Shown one piece after another: positions 39,479-49,929 of a stretch of 64,000 nucleotides of DNA. Made by a program: the position numbers and the translations under genes. The notes under the pieces are model-generated. The model was not told the origin of the DNA and made no database searches. It saw nothing but the letters and a program-made list of their open reading frames with translations. The stretch's first letter is position 1; the number at the start of each line of letters is the position of its first letter. Location of the stretch: positions 372,001-436,000 of the forward strand of contig OZ316897.1 in NCBI GenBank assembly GCA_973895155.1, given 5' to 3'. The stretch comes from Marsupella aquatica. Taxonomy: Eukaryota > Plantae > Marchantiophyta.

Positions 39479-40435
39479 CTATGAAGGATGACAGCGTATG
39501 GCCATCTTAGGCGCATCCCAATCATAGTCACAAAATATCTCCTCACCAGCCCTAATAGTCCGTATGGCTACAGTCATAATATGGTCATCCATATGCTTGA
39601 CATAGTAAGGTGGTGGTGGTGCCCCAAAAATTTGAACCCACTCTACATTTGGTTCAAGTCCTCTCCCTCTCCCTTTGGTACTATTGATGTACCCAGCGAT
39701 GTTATCACATCGCACAGGATCACCATCAATCATTCTACAATGCCAAGGCCTCTTGAGGACCTCATCCGGATCAGAATCCATCTGCAATGCATACACCCCC
39801 CATGCTGGTTGTTGCCGCAAAATAATGTTCCAGTTTTTGGCAGTGTATACGGCACCAATATAAGGAAACAAGTGCTCCCCATCATAACCTCTCCGCCACG
39901 GCTTTGGATGGACCACAATGTCCTCCATAGCAAATAACCCAAGTCCTACATCAACACCAAGGGAGGATGGCTTGACTATCCATTGACGCCCCCATATCTC
40001 TATAGGGGCATCGGTGGGTATGCCAGGAGTGATTCTAAATATCTCAGATGAGAAATCCTTCAAGACAGTCATTGCCTTTCTTGTGAGATATGACAACCCC
40101 AACCTACCCTCCACTACCACGTAATCCTCACCCCGCTCTACTAAAGCAGCATGGACCAAATTTGTTCCTAGGGACTCGCGAGTGACCAAAGGTTCATAAT
40201 GTCTCCGATGTCTATGGGAGTGAGGTCGGGTGCGTAGAACCCTAGTACATGGAGGTGCCTCTGGCTCACCCATCTCCGTGTCCTCCACTGGTCCCGGTAT
40301 AGTTTGGGCCTCAACATGGGGAGGACTATGAGGAAGGGGTGTAGAAGTTGATGCAAGTAGCCCTCTTGCACTACCCAAAAATGTCTCTAGCCACAGGTCA
40401 ATAGAGACCAATGGACGGCGGGGCCTATGGGGCAC
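39479..40435 (-). CDS. SET-domain protein exon (lysine methyltransferase-like) carried by the CACTA element; SET region about 39982-39518
   Basis: Intact 318-codon frame starting right after an AG acceptor. SET motifs in order: VKPSSLGVDVGLGLFAMEDI, FPYIGAVY, Y.LQM, IDGDP...NIAGYINS, PNVEW, VAIRTIRAGEEIFCDY. Confidence 0.85.
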   Translation of the reverse strand: MPHRPRRPLVSIDLWLETFLGSARGLLASTSTPLPHSPPHVEAQTIPGPVEDTEMGEPEAPPCTRVLRTRPHSHRHRRHYEPLVTRESLGTNLVHAALVERGEDYVVVEGRLGLSYLTRKAMTVLKDFSSEIFRITPGIPTDAPIEIWGRQWIVKPSSLGVDVGLGLFAMEDIVVHPKPWRRGYDGEHLFPYIGAVYTAKNWNIILRQQPAWGVYALQMDSDPDEVLKRPWHCRMIDGDPVRCDNIAGYINSTKGRGRGLEPNVEWVQIFGAPPPPYYVKHMDDHIMTVAIRTIRAGEEIFCDYDWDAPKMAIRCHPS

Positions 40436-40544
40436 CTATTCATTCACAAATAAACCCAAAATTAATACATGTATGATGACGTGCAATAAGGGGAAACTTG
40501 TGTTTCCTCCACAAATTAGTCCGGTTAAAAGGTAGGGAGCATAC

Positions 40545-40777
40545 CTCACGAGTTGAATGTCCTGGTAAATCACCCTGGTGCCGTCCATGCATGATTCTCA
40601 ATATGCTCAATGGTCTCCCAAGCTTGGCGAACAACCATTCCCTTACATCTTACACACCAACATGGAATGGGGCCAAGAGGAGCTAGGACGCCGAGGCCTA
40701 GCAGGGGGAGGAGCAATATCCCCCTCAGAAGATGAGTCTGAGTCCAAATCTGAGTCTGAACTCCTAGAAGTTGTCAT
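40545..40777 (-). pseudogene. Upstream exon with acidic/Ser tract and a CxCxxC...H transposase-associated Zn-finger-like motif; two apparent frameshifts
   Basis: Reconstructed MTTSRSSDSDLDSDSSSEGDIAPPPARPRRP / LGPIPCWCVRCKGMVVRQAWETIEHIENH / GRHQGDLPGHSTRE, then a GT donor at 40544. Frameshifts near 40685 and at the catgcatg duplication near 40590. Confidence 0.6.
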
Positions 40778-41861
40778 CTGCCCATCATAGGTACACACCT
40801 CATCTCAAAACCTCCCTCATATTAAGTACTCACACAATTGAATTGGAATATATGCAAGGTTATAAGAGGTAAATAAAACATACACACCCACACACACTAT
40901 ACATCTTACCTGAATGATATCCGTGCTCAACAATGTCTACTAGGATCTTGGCCTTAGGATATATCCTAAGACAATATCCAAAATGTCTGCAAAAGGTGGT
41001 ACCATGATAAACTTAGCTAGGGATGTATTCCCACAAATGTGCCTAATAATGACCAAAAGGTTGGAGCCACAAATTCTACAAGTCTCCACCCTCGTATCAA
41101 TTTAGGGAGTGCATCATACCTTTTGGATGCACGGGCTATCATGATGCATATGGCATTGAAAAATTGGACCCTAAAAAAACAAAGACAAAACCAACAACCC
41201 AACCCTCTCCAAACAAGTACTACACAATACACACACAAGGTTAATACCCTATGTTTGGCCTCCCACAAAATATTGCACATCACATATAATAAAAGACCAT
41301 CACATATTGGCAGGAAGTACAATATAATGGCAAGAACATACCAGCCTATATATATATATGTTACCCCAAAATTTGTCCGTTTGGATAAATTGCCGCACGT
41401 ACTACAATGTAACCATCCGATCAAAAACCACGTTGGCGAAACAAAACCGGGACCACCCAAAGCAAACCTACATTTCATTGCAAGTAAATGATGAAGGTTA
41501 ATATCCTTACAAAAACACTAATCCCAATTACCAACCCTATTCCCAACTACTATCCCATTACAAATTCATCGGAAACGTAGTCGGATGCCAAGCGGAAGTG
41601 AATGTCTGATGCTGGGACGAGGGGTCCGATTCTTATAGGATCGGACATTTGCGATGTTTCTAGTATCGGACATACAATCGGATAGTTAATTAGGTCGCCC
41701 GACTGAAGTGCGAGTGCACCTCAATCGGGCATTGTTTCGGAAGAGTGTCGGGCGGACTTGGCGAGCTCAATTGCGTGAGCTCTGGAGGTCATGGCTATGG
41801 AGGGCAATGGTGGGGCACCGGGGGGGATGGAGCTGGTCCATCTAAAAGCTTTGCTCTCATA

Positions 41862-44652
41862 ATGGCAGAGGTTTTCAGGACGCAAGCTGGGCTGTCTGCT
41901 GAATCTGCAGAGAAAGTTGCCCATTTGACTCAAGGGCTGATTGACTCCTCCAACACAGCTGTGATCAGGCTAGAGAAGGAGAGGAAAAGAAAGAGGAAGG
42001 AGGAGAGTAGGAGGCCAGAGGAGACTCTCTCACCACGACAGAGAGAGAAGAGCCTCAGGAAAGAGGCTCGAGCTGTAGAGAGGCTTCGAATTGAGGAGGA
42101 GAGACTGCGTGCAGAGGAGAGGGCAAAACGGCCAAAGCTGGTTCTGAATGAGGGAGGAGCTCCCAGAACGAAGAGCTATAGGCTCTTCAGGAGTCAGCTG
42201 GGGCAGGTCTTAAGGTCACATTTTGGCCCCTTAGACTACTGGGGAAAGAAGAAAGAAGAGGAGCAATTTCGGGTCAGGGAGCAAGTGAAAGAGAGATTCA
42301 GCAATGGCTCGTTCTTAGATGACCGATTTCTGAACAGGAAAATCTCTGTATCACTTGCAGATCGTCGAAATCACATTAGGGAGAAGATGAGGAAGTACCT
42401 GCTTGAATGTCAGGATGAGGAAGAGGTGATGAGGAAGGGAAATCCCCCGGATGACATAGACACTGATGCCTGGTCCGCTTGGATTGAGGCTGAGCTGCAG
42501 GTCGGTGCTTGGCAAGCTCGTCGTCACTGGCAAGCTGAGGTTTCTGAGGCAGAGAAGAGGGCCCTTGCAGGAGAGACTGCTGACATCCGCCCTCTACAGT
42601 GCAAAGCAATTGAATGGGAGAGGAAATCAAAATAGCTTGGAGACCCACCCCTTGCAATTCAGAAGGCAATTGATAGAGTGGAGAAGAGACCAAAAGTGAC
42701 TCACCGGATGGGACAAGGTGGATCCCTTCGTCTCAAAGCAGAGTTTGTGAGTTCTCTGCCCCCTCCTCTTTGCTCAATTCCTACCTCCTTGCAAGGTCCT
42801 TCCTCCTCCTGATCACCTTAGGCACCAATCCTGGGTAATGCCTGCAGAGCCCCCCCACAACTACCATTCTTATGCTAATGTAAACAGTGTGGCTGTCTAG
42901 CTTATTAATTGTCGTGGATTTTCAGTTTCCAGTTTTTTCTGCTGAGTCCGATGCATGTCCGACTTTAATTTAGTCGGAAGCAATATCGGATGCTGTATTA
43001 TGGTCAGTTGCAGGGCCGTGTCCGATCCAGCTCCGATTACTTTAACATCGGACATTGTATCGCACTCAAAGTGTCGGGTTTGCTTCCGATGTGGCAAAGA
43101 GGGGTCCGATGCACTTAGGATCGGATAAATTCAAATTTTTGAATTATCGACGAGTGTTATTGGGTGAGCGGCCATGATTCATGCCAAGTGCTTAATTAGG
43201 TTATAGGTAGGGTTTTTCTGAAAGTGAAGGGGGATGATTTTTAAAACTAAGATCAAGGGTTGATGAAGGGTTTAATTTTTGGAAGTAATGTATATATTGA
43301 GTTTGAAAGGAGTATTAATTTGTTGGAGTGCAGGAGCGAGAGCATGGACGCCCAATCTTGCCAACCAAGAGAGAGTTAGCTAAGAAGCTTGGACCGCGGG
43401 CTCTCAAGCTTCGCATGGAGGAGGAGTTGGGGTCGGTAAGTTTATTCAATACCATTAATCCTAAGGTGATCAATTCATCATTGAGTTGTTGTAATTAAGT
43501 TTTTGGTAACACTAACATATTGGTTGGTGCTTGCGTATATATATGGATGTAGGGCTCGGAGGAGGGGTCAGAGAGTTCTGGCTCGGAGGAGGAGGAGGAG
43601 GAGGGATCAGACAACTCAGATTCAGAATCTGAGGGCGTGGCACCCATCCCTGTGCCTCCAATTGGTGCAACATCCCGAGGGCGTGGAGGTAGTCAGTCTA
43701 GACAGAGGACACATGATGGTGGTAGGGGTCGTAGTGTTGGAGGAGGTAGTAGGGGTGCTCGCGTAGGAGGTGCATCTCGCCATACAGTGGCTGGTGGGGC
43801 TGGTGGTTCTCACCGGTCTGCTCCTGGTAGGGGGGGTTGGTAGTAGGGCACCCGATGGTTTGCACCGGTCCACTTCTGGTGGAGGGGCTGGTACTAGGGC
43901 ACCTGGTGGTTCTCACCGGTCCGCTTCTGGTGGGGGGGGGGGCAGGGCGGGGGTGGCACCAGGGCCCCTAGTGGTTCTCATCGGGCAGGTTCTGGTGGGG
44001 GGGGGGAGGGGCCAAGGCTCCTGGTGGTTCTCATCGGGCAGGTTCTGGTGCGGGGGGTGGTAGTGGGGCACCTGGTGGTTATCACCGGTCTGCTTATGGT
44101 GGGGGGGGGGGTGGCACCGGGGCTCCTAGTGGTTCTCGCCATTCAGGGGCTGCAGGTGGCGGGAGTAGTGGGGCACATGCTGCTTCTCGTCATTCAAGGG
44201 CTGGTGGTGGGGAGGGTAGTGGGACCCCTACTGGTTCTCACCAGTCAGTTGGGGATGGGGGCAGTGCCCCAGCTGACCAGTTAGGGGCCAACCAGGGTAC
44301 TACGAGCGTTGGAGGCAGTGGTGGTGGTGCGAGTGGGTCTCACCAGTCGGGTGCCATCGGGGGTGATGGCTCTCACCACTTTGGCACCCAAGTGGGTAGT
44401 GGGGATGCATCCTTTCATACTTGCTCTGCTGGTGGGGGTGCTGCACCGCCTTCGCATGACTCAAGAGGTGTGTCTGGTGGTGATGCCCGTGGAAGTAGTG
44501 GTACAGCAGGTCCTAGCACCACAGGTGCAGGTGGGTCACATGCCCCCATTGACGAGGCCCTAGAGGTAGTGCCAACTGCTAGTACCCCACCATCAAGATC
44601 TCGCACCCGTTCCAAGAAAAGGAAGGGACGACATGCACCAGCATATGGATAG
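41862..44652 (+). pseudogene. Second CACTA gene (TnpA/Transposase_24-like) with acidic and Gly-rich repetitive C-terminus; exons about 41862-42746, 43334-43435, 43553-44652
   Basis: Basic and coiled-coil N-part with NPPDDIDTDAWSAWI, then an in-frame TAG at 42633 followed by KVTHRMGQGG (En/Spm ORF2-like H..G.gg motif). Phase-0 GT-AG introns. The last exon has GGSHRS-type repeats broken at G homopolymers and ends RSRTRSKKRKGRHAPAYG*. Confidence 0.7.
43790..44400 (+). repeat. ~50-bp G-rich coding minisatellite (ggtggttctcaccggtc core)
   Basis: gtggttctca(c/t)cgg recurs about every 48-57 bp. Confidence 0.8.
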
Positions 44653-44929
44653 GGCAGCCTAGGATAGGCCCACATATAGGTAGGCATTTTGCTGATTGAC
44701 TTAGAGTACACTTGTGCATTTAGTACTTACCATGTTCATTTGGCAAGGCCAGGCCATTGATCCTATTTTGTATATCTATTTTGGGGTCTCCCCTTTTTGA
44801 TTATATATTTATACCTTCTTTGCCTACACACAGATGTTGGGGTCTATGTGTGTCACCATCTTAATACCCTAATTCAGCCCCCAAATTGAATCCAATAAAA
44901 ACCCCAAATTTATGAGCCCTACTCTACTG

Positions 44930-45375
44930 CTTCCGATCTGCTTCCGATACTAGATTTGACGCTCAGTCCGATACACATTCCGTTGCTACCATCTTTGCAA
45001 TGTCCGATGCCACACCCTACGCACTTTTTGAATCGGAAAATAACGCAACATCCGATACTTATAATTACGCAATTTCCGATTTCTCAATAAACGGATAAAC
45101 CGATATTATAAGAATCGGACCATGATCGCATGTGTATAATGCCTTGCATGCGGTAGCTGCCTCGTTTCCGAAACTCTTCGCATCAGGCGTGATTTTATCC
45201 GATACCCTCTACATCGGTCTATGCAATTACTACTGCATCGGAAAGTCCGAAGGAGATCCGATTGTCGGTATCCGATGGTTAAAACAACGGACAGTGCGAT
45301 ATAAGAAACATCGGAAATGTGGTTTTCTATGGTACATTTTTCTGAAGGGATCCGATGCCTGTAGAGTCGGAAAAT
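44930..45375. repeat. Right subterminal TCCGA/TCGGA motif array of the CACTA element
   Basis: Dense tccgat and atcgga motifs ahead of the right TIR. Confidence 0.85.
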
Positions 45376-46007
45376 GGCCCTATAATGTACTAGTGATCTC
45401 TCCCATTGGAATCAATGTACAAGACGTTACCTGATATTAAGGTTGCTCATGAGCTGTTCATATCAAAATAGATATAGCATAGCAGTTATACTAGGATGAT
45501 TGGAAGTTGCTCTAATTTGATTTATGCGTTGTGCTAATTCTCCAATCATAATCATTTGTGTAGTATTAATCTATCTTTGTAACCCCTCGAGCTGCAAAAT
45601 CTCCTTAAAAATTCTTCCAAGGTAAGGATTTACATCAACACTGGCATGACTCTAGGGAATGAATGTACATAAGCTCACGCAATGTTCAAAATATTGGTGC
45701 ATTTGACAGAAATAAGTCCAACTATAGTTGATAGATCTTTTAGAAACTTAAGGTTATTACAATCAGAAGAGATCGAGCAAATTAAAGGACAGTCTATTCT
45801 AGATAATAGGATGAATCTTCCCTCACTCGACAATTGAGATTCAACAATCACTTTGTAGATGGCTGATAATATAATACACGCTTATTGGAGCTGTTTTGTC
45901 AATGCATTGTTGTGAAAGGCATTTAAAGGCAACTCTGACCATCTAATTGTCTTTTCCAGCCGACCAGGTCGTGATCTTTGAAGCAGACATATTTTAGGTG
46001 CGAGTTT

Positions 46008-46400
46008 CCCGGTTAGGACTTGTCGGACAAGTAGGGGCTCTGAGATCTGACATCCAACAGATGTTGTCCCGGTCCATCCTGGTTGGGTGGCGGGCCGGGC
46101 CGGGCCAGGTTGGGAGGCAAACGAGTGTCAGGCGCCGGTCGGGGGTCGGTTGGGTTGGGTCGGGGGTTAGGTTGTTGGGTTGGGTCAGGTCAGGGGGCCA
46201 GTCGGGCGGGTTGGGGGTAGGTCGGGTCGGGGGGTTGGGTTGGGGGTCAGTTGGGTCGGTCGAGGGTGGGGTCGGGCAGGGCGGGAGGGCGTGCGGTGCG
46301 AGCCGGGCCAGGACAGGACAGGGCAAGCCAGGTCAGGCTGGGCAAAAAGTGCAGCAAGCTGGGAGGAGGCCCTGGGCTCTCAGTCTTAACTAATACATGG
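46008..46400 (+). mobile_element. Probable left end of a DNA transposon with G-rich subterminal repeats, related to 1-636
   Basis: cccggttaggacttgtcggacaag resembles the reverse complement of 614-636 (cccggttttcactgtcggacaag) and is followed by gggtcggg/gggttggg repeats. Confidence 0.5.
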
Positions 46401-47760
46401 AGGACGTGCAAACGCTCGAAGGGTAGTTTTTATTCATTTTAAACTAATAATTATGATTATTACCGGTAATAAGGGAACTTTTAATGGTAAAACAGAAATA
46501 ACAAGGGGTAAACACCAAAAGGGCCCGATCGCAGGGGGGTCCACTTCTTTTACATGGAGTGAGGGCCCAGGGGGAGGAGGCGGCGGCTGGATTAGGGTTT
46601 GCGCCAAGGGGTTATTGGGAGGCCAAGGTGGCGGGCGGGGGTGGGCTCGGGCCGGGAAGGAGAGGATAAAAGGGGGATCTAGGGTCGACCTCTTTCCTCA
46701 ATGTCTTGTTTTGCAGGAGGAGAATTGGAAAAGAGAGAAGGAGGAGAAGGAGGTAAGTTTCCGGTTAATCCTACGGGACACAGTAACCTTTTCCCAGATG
46801 TGAAGGCTGATGCAAAAGGTATTGAGAAATATTTAGAGAAGTGGAAAAATGATGAAACCATGGCAGGATTTGTTTGTGAAAAAGATGAAACATCATGTAG
46901 TTGGTGTCTATCCCGGTGTCTATATCCCTGGAGCCCTAAATCTGTTTCCACGTTGGAAACTTGCGATCACATATGACATCATGTTTGATGGTTGAAGACG
47001 AGCCGGAAATGTTGGTGTCCCACACGATTTCATGAACATGAATATGAGCAACATACGAGGATTGTTGAACCCAGTGCCAACAATGGAGACACAACAAGAC
47101 AATGAAGAAATGACACAAGAGAGTCTAATGATGATGCAAAATAATAGATTCCACTCTCATTGAACACTTCATAATCAATGAGTATATTTTGTCAGATAGT
47201 GAATCTGGCAGATTGTTACTGGTTGATTTAATGAATGGAAATAGTATGCCCATGAGAACCAGCCAACAATACACACGAAAAATATGCAATGATCTATTTG
47301 TCATCATCGACAACGTCAATAGCAAAAGGAAGTGAAAGCAAAAGCCATCGACATCAACATCGACATCAAAAGGAACTGAAACCAAGTCTTTAGATTTTGA
47401 CGTAGTTTTCATGCACTTAGTATTTGAGAGGCTTTCTTATGCTTGTAGGTGCAAAATCTGAACAATGATGAGGTTATTCATCTATTTTGAATATTTGAGT
47501 CTATTCGGCAATAATTTTCAATTTGTAATTGCCAAAGAAACTTTGGATACAATATCATCAGCACTTTTTCTTATTCACAAACATGAAAGTGTGCAAAATA
47601 ATTGCAAAACCCCAAAATATGAGAATGTTGCAATTGATTAAAGTAGAAAGAAACTGGATACAAAATCATATTTTCCTCGAGAACTGTCGGCCCACTATCG
47701 ATGACAGACCAAGTGTGAAAATTCATAGGGCTACCGACGGTTCTGCAAAGGTGGAGGAAT

Positions 47761-47927
47761 GGCAAAGTATATAGGGTGTTGCGCCTTAATGATGTCAACT
47801 TTCTTATTCCTCTCATTCCCGTCCGTGATGACCAATAAACGAGCTTGCATTGTCTTTTTATTAGTCATCATGGACAAAATGAGAAGGAGGAAGTTGACAT
47901 CATTAAGGCGCAAGACCCTACTTTGCC
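47761..47927. repeat. 167-bp foldback inverted repeat (MITE-like or hairpin RNA precursor)
   Basis: ggcaaagta..tagggtgttgcgccttaatgatgtcaactt...gtccgtgatgaccaataaa pairs with tttattagtcatcatggac...aagttgacatcattaaggcgcaagaccctactttgcc around a ~16-nt loop. Confidence 0.85.
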
Positions 47928-48833
47928 CAAGAAACAGGCCATCCGGTGGTGGGATGGACTACTTTTGATTTCCCTCCTATTTTTGTTCACATATGACTAA
48001 TAATTAATGCAGTTTCTCTCTTTATTCCTTGAATGTACATTTAGATCAATTATTTATTGATAGGTTGTATTATATTTTTAATAAAATAATTAATAAATAA
48101 ATTGCGTTCTCCTTGTCCATCCTCATTGCATGCGTCAAAGATCATTGAGTTTGTATAGTTTAGGAAAAGAAACAGGAACTGAATGATGCTCAAGGTTGGT
48201 TACATAGCATAGTACAGATACAACCATGTGATCCCTTTGTGGAAAATGAGACTTTAAACATCATAATTGTTATGAAATTTCAAATTTTACATCATAATAA
48301 TAAAAAGCATGATAAGTTGTCTATGTCATTTAAGATAATATAATAGTAAGAAAGCATGATAATATACTAGTAAAAGATGTCTAAAGGTTGGGAACAAAAG
48401 TTCCTAGTGTTGTTGTTGCAATTTTGCTCCAAACATTCATTCCACTCCTCTTCTCCAACCCATGGAACTGGATCACAATTCTGCCCATCAACATTGCGTT
48501 GGGCATGTTGAAATGATGACATTGTTTGTAATCCACCACAAAGAGGTCCGTCCGGTGTATAATTATGAATTCATCACACTAGGCCCTCCATACTGAATGA
48601 AGGTTGGAGTCACATGCATGTTGTTGCCACCGTGCATGTGTGTTGTCCAAAGACCTACCTTGTAGATCATTGTGTTGTAAGTTGGAAAAAGGTTGATCTT
48701 CTCCCCTCCGAATGATGCCTCCCCTCCGAATGATGCCTTTGTATGCTAGTGCATTGTTGAACAAAGAATCAATCATCTACTTGCGTCGATTCATTGCAGA
48801 CATTCAATGATTCATAAGTCCACAATGAGTTTG

Positions 48834-48964
48834 CTCAGGGGTTTCACTTCCACAAAAATGACATATCACGTGCACCGAAGTATAGTTTTTTCTTACATTT
48901 TAGGGGGTCTGAGGCCTATAAACGTCGCAGGTGATGGGGAGACATCCATATAGTGAGACCCCAA
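48834..48964. mobile_element. Internally deleted, inverted copy of the 51058-51364 MITE
   Basis: ctcaggggtttcacttccacaaaaatg and tcttacattttagggggtct...gtgatggggagac...gagacccc match the reverse complement of both ends of 51058-51364. Confidence 0.7.
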
Positions 48965-49124
48965 ATGAGTTACTTTGGTTGGGGAGGCATTACAAAATCT
49001 CTATCCAATGACGCATCCTCGTCATCTTGGAGTTGAGACTCGTCAATTGTAGGATACATCTCCAAATCCATTTCATTCTCCCATTCACCCGCATCACTTA
49101 CCTCTGTATCTGGTGGAATACGAG

Positions 49125-49420
49125 CCCGGGGTCCTCACTTCTTTTCTTCCAACCCATCATGCGCGAATAGGTTGAGGAATAAGTATAGTGTTTTTTATTG
49201 GGTTTAGTGAAAGACTTTTAAATTTTTGCTGAGGAACATTAGGGTTGTTTTAATCTAGTTTTGAGAATTTTAAGAATCAAAGGGTTTTTTAAATCCAAAT
49301 TTGGGAATATTCCAAGAATATTCCATTAAGTTAGGGGTACAAAATTAATTAAAAAAATTATTGACTTAAATTTTAGGGTGTTTATTTCCCCAAAACTTCA
49401 CGCGTGATATGGGACACCCC
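49125..49420. mobile_element. Diverged third copy of the same MITE family
   Basis: 49190-49330 aligns by eye with the reverse complement of 51160-51300. It starts cccggggtcctcacttc and ends ggacacccc. Confidence 0.5.
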
Positions 49421-49929
49421 TTGGATTGAGGTCCTTAAGAATTCAAGTCAAGAAGTCACTCCCTTTATCTAATGATAATCATTCCTTGTAGTGTTTCACC
49501 AACATCATTGAGTGTATCAAATATTCTAGGCACATGGTCTTCTCCAAGAGCCGCACGTGTTGTATCACACCCTTCATTGTCAAAGCACTCTATGGATAAT
49601 CATGGACTAACACCATCATTTGTTGCTCTTCTTTCCTCATAATGTTTATAATATATAAACATATGGTGGTTCTGACCGTTTGTAAGCCCTTTTTCTACTC
49701 TCACAAGCCCTATGCCAGTGCTTTGCACTGTGCAAGGAGGGCAGGCCCATAGGGATTGGCCGGGGGCATTACGGGGCAGCGGGAAGCAAATACGTGATAG
49801 GGGTGTACATTTCTCTCATCAATGGTGAGCAAAAATAGCTAATCAAATCCCACGGCTATAGATCTTTCTCGCCCATAAGCTTTTTTGTATGGTGACGAAG
49901 GATGAAAAAAGGTAGGATCTCTTATTATA

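Larger units (their letters stand above)
35245..45395. mobile_element. Full-length CACTA (En/Spm) DNA transposon, 10151 bp
   Basis: TIR cactagtacatt (35245) and aatgtactagtg (45384-45395), 3-bp TSD ATC (35242-35244 and 45396-45398), TCCGA/TCGGA subterminal arrays at both ends, and an En/Spm transposase inside. Confidence 0.95.
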
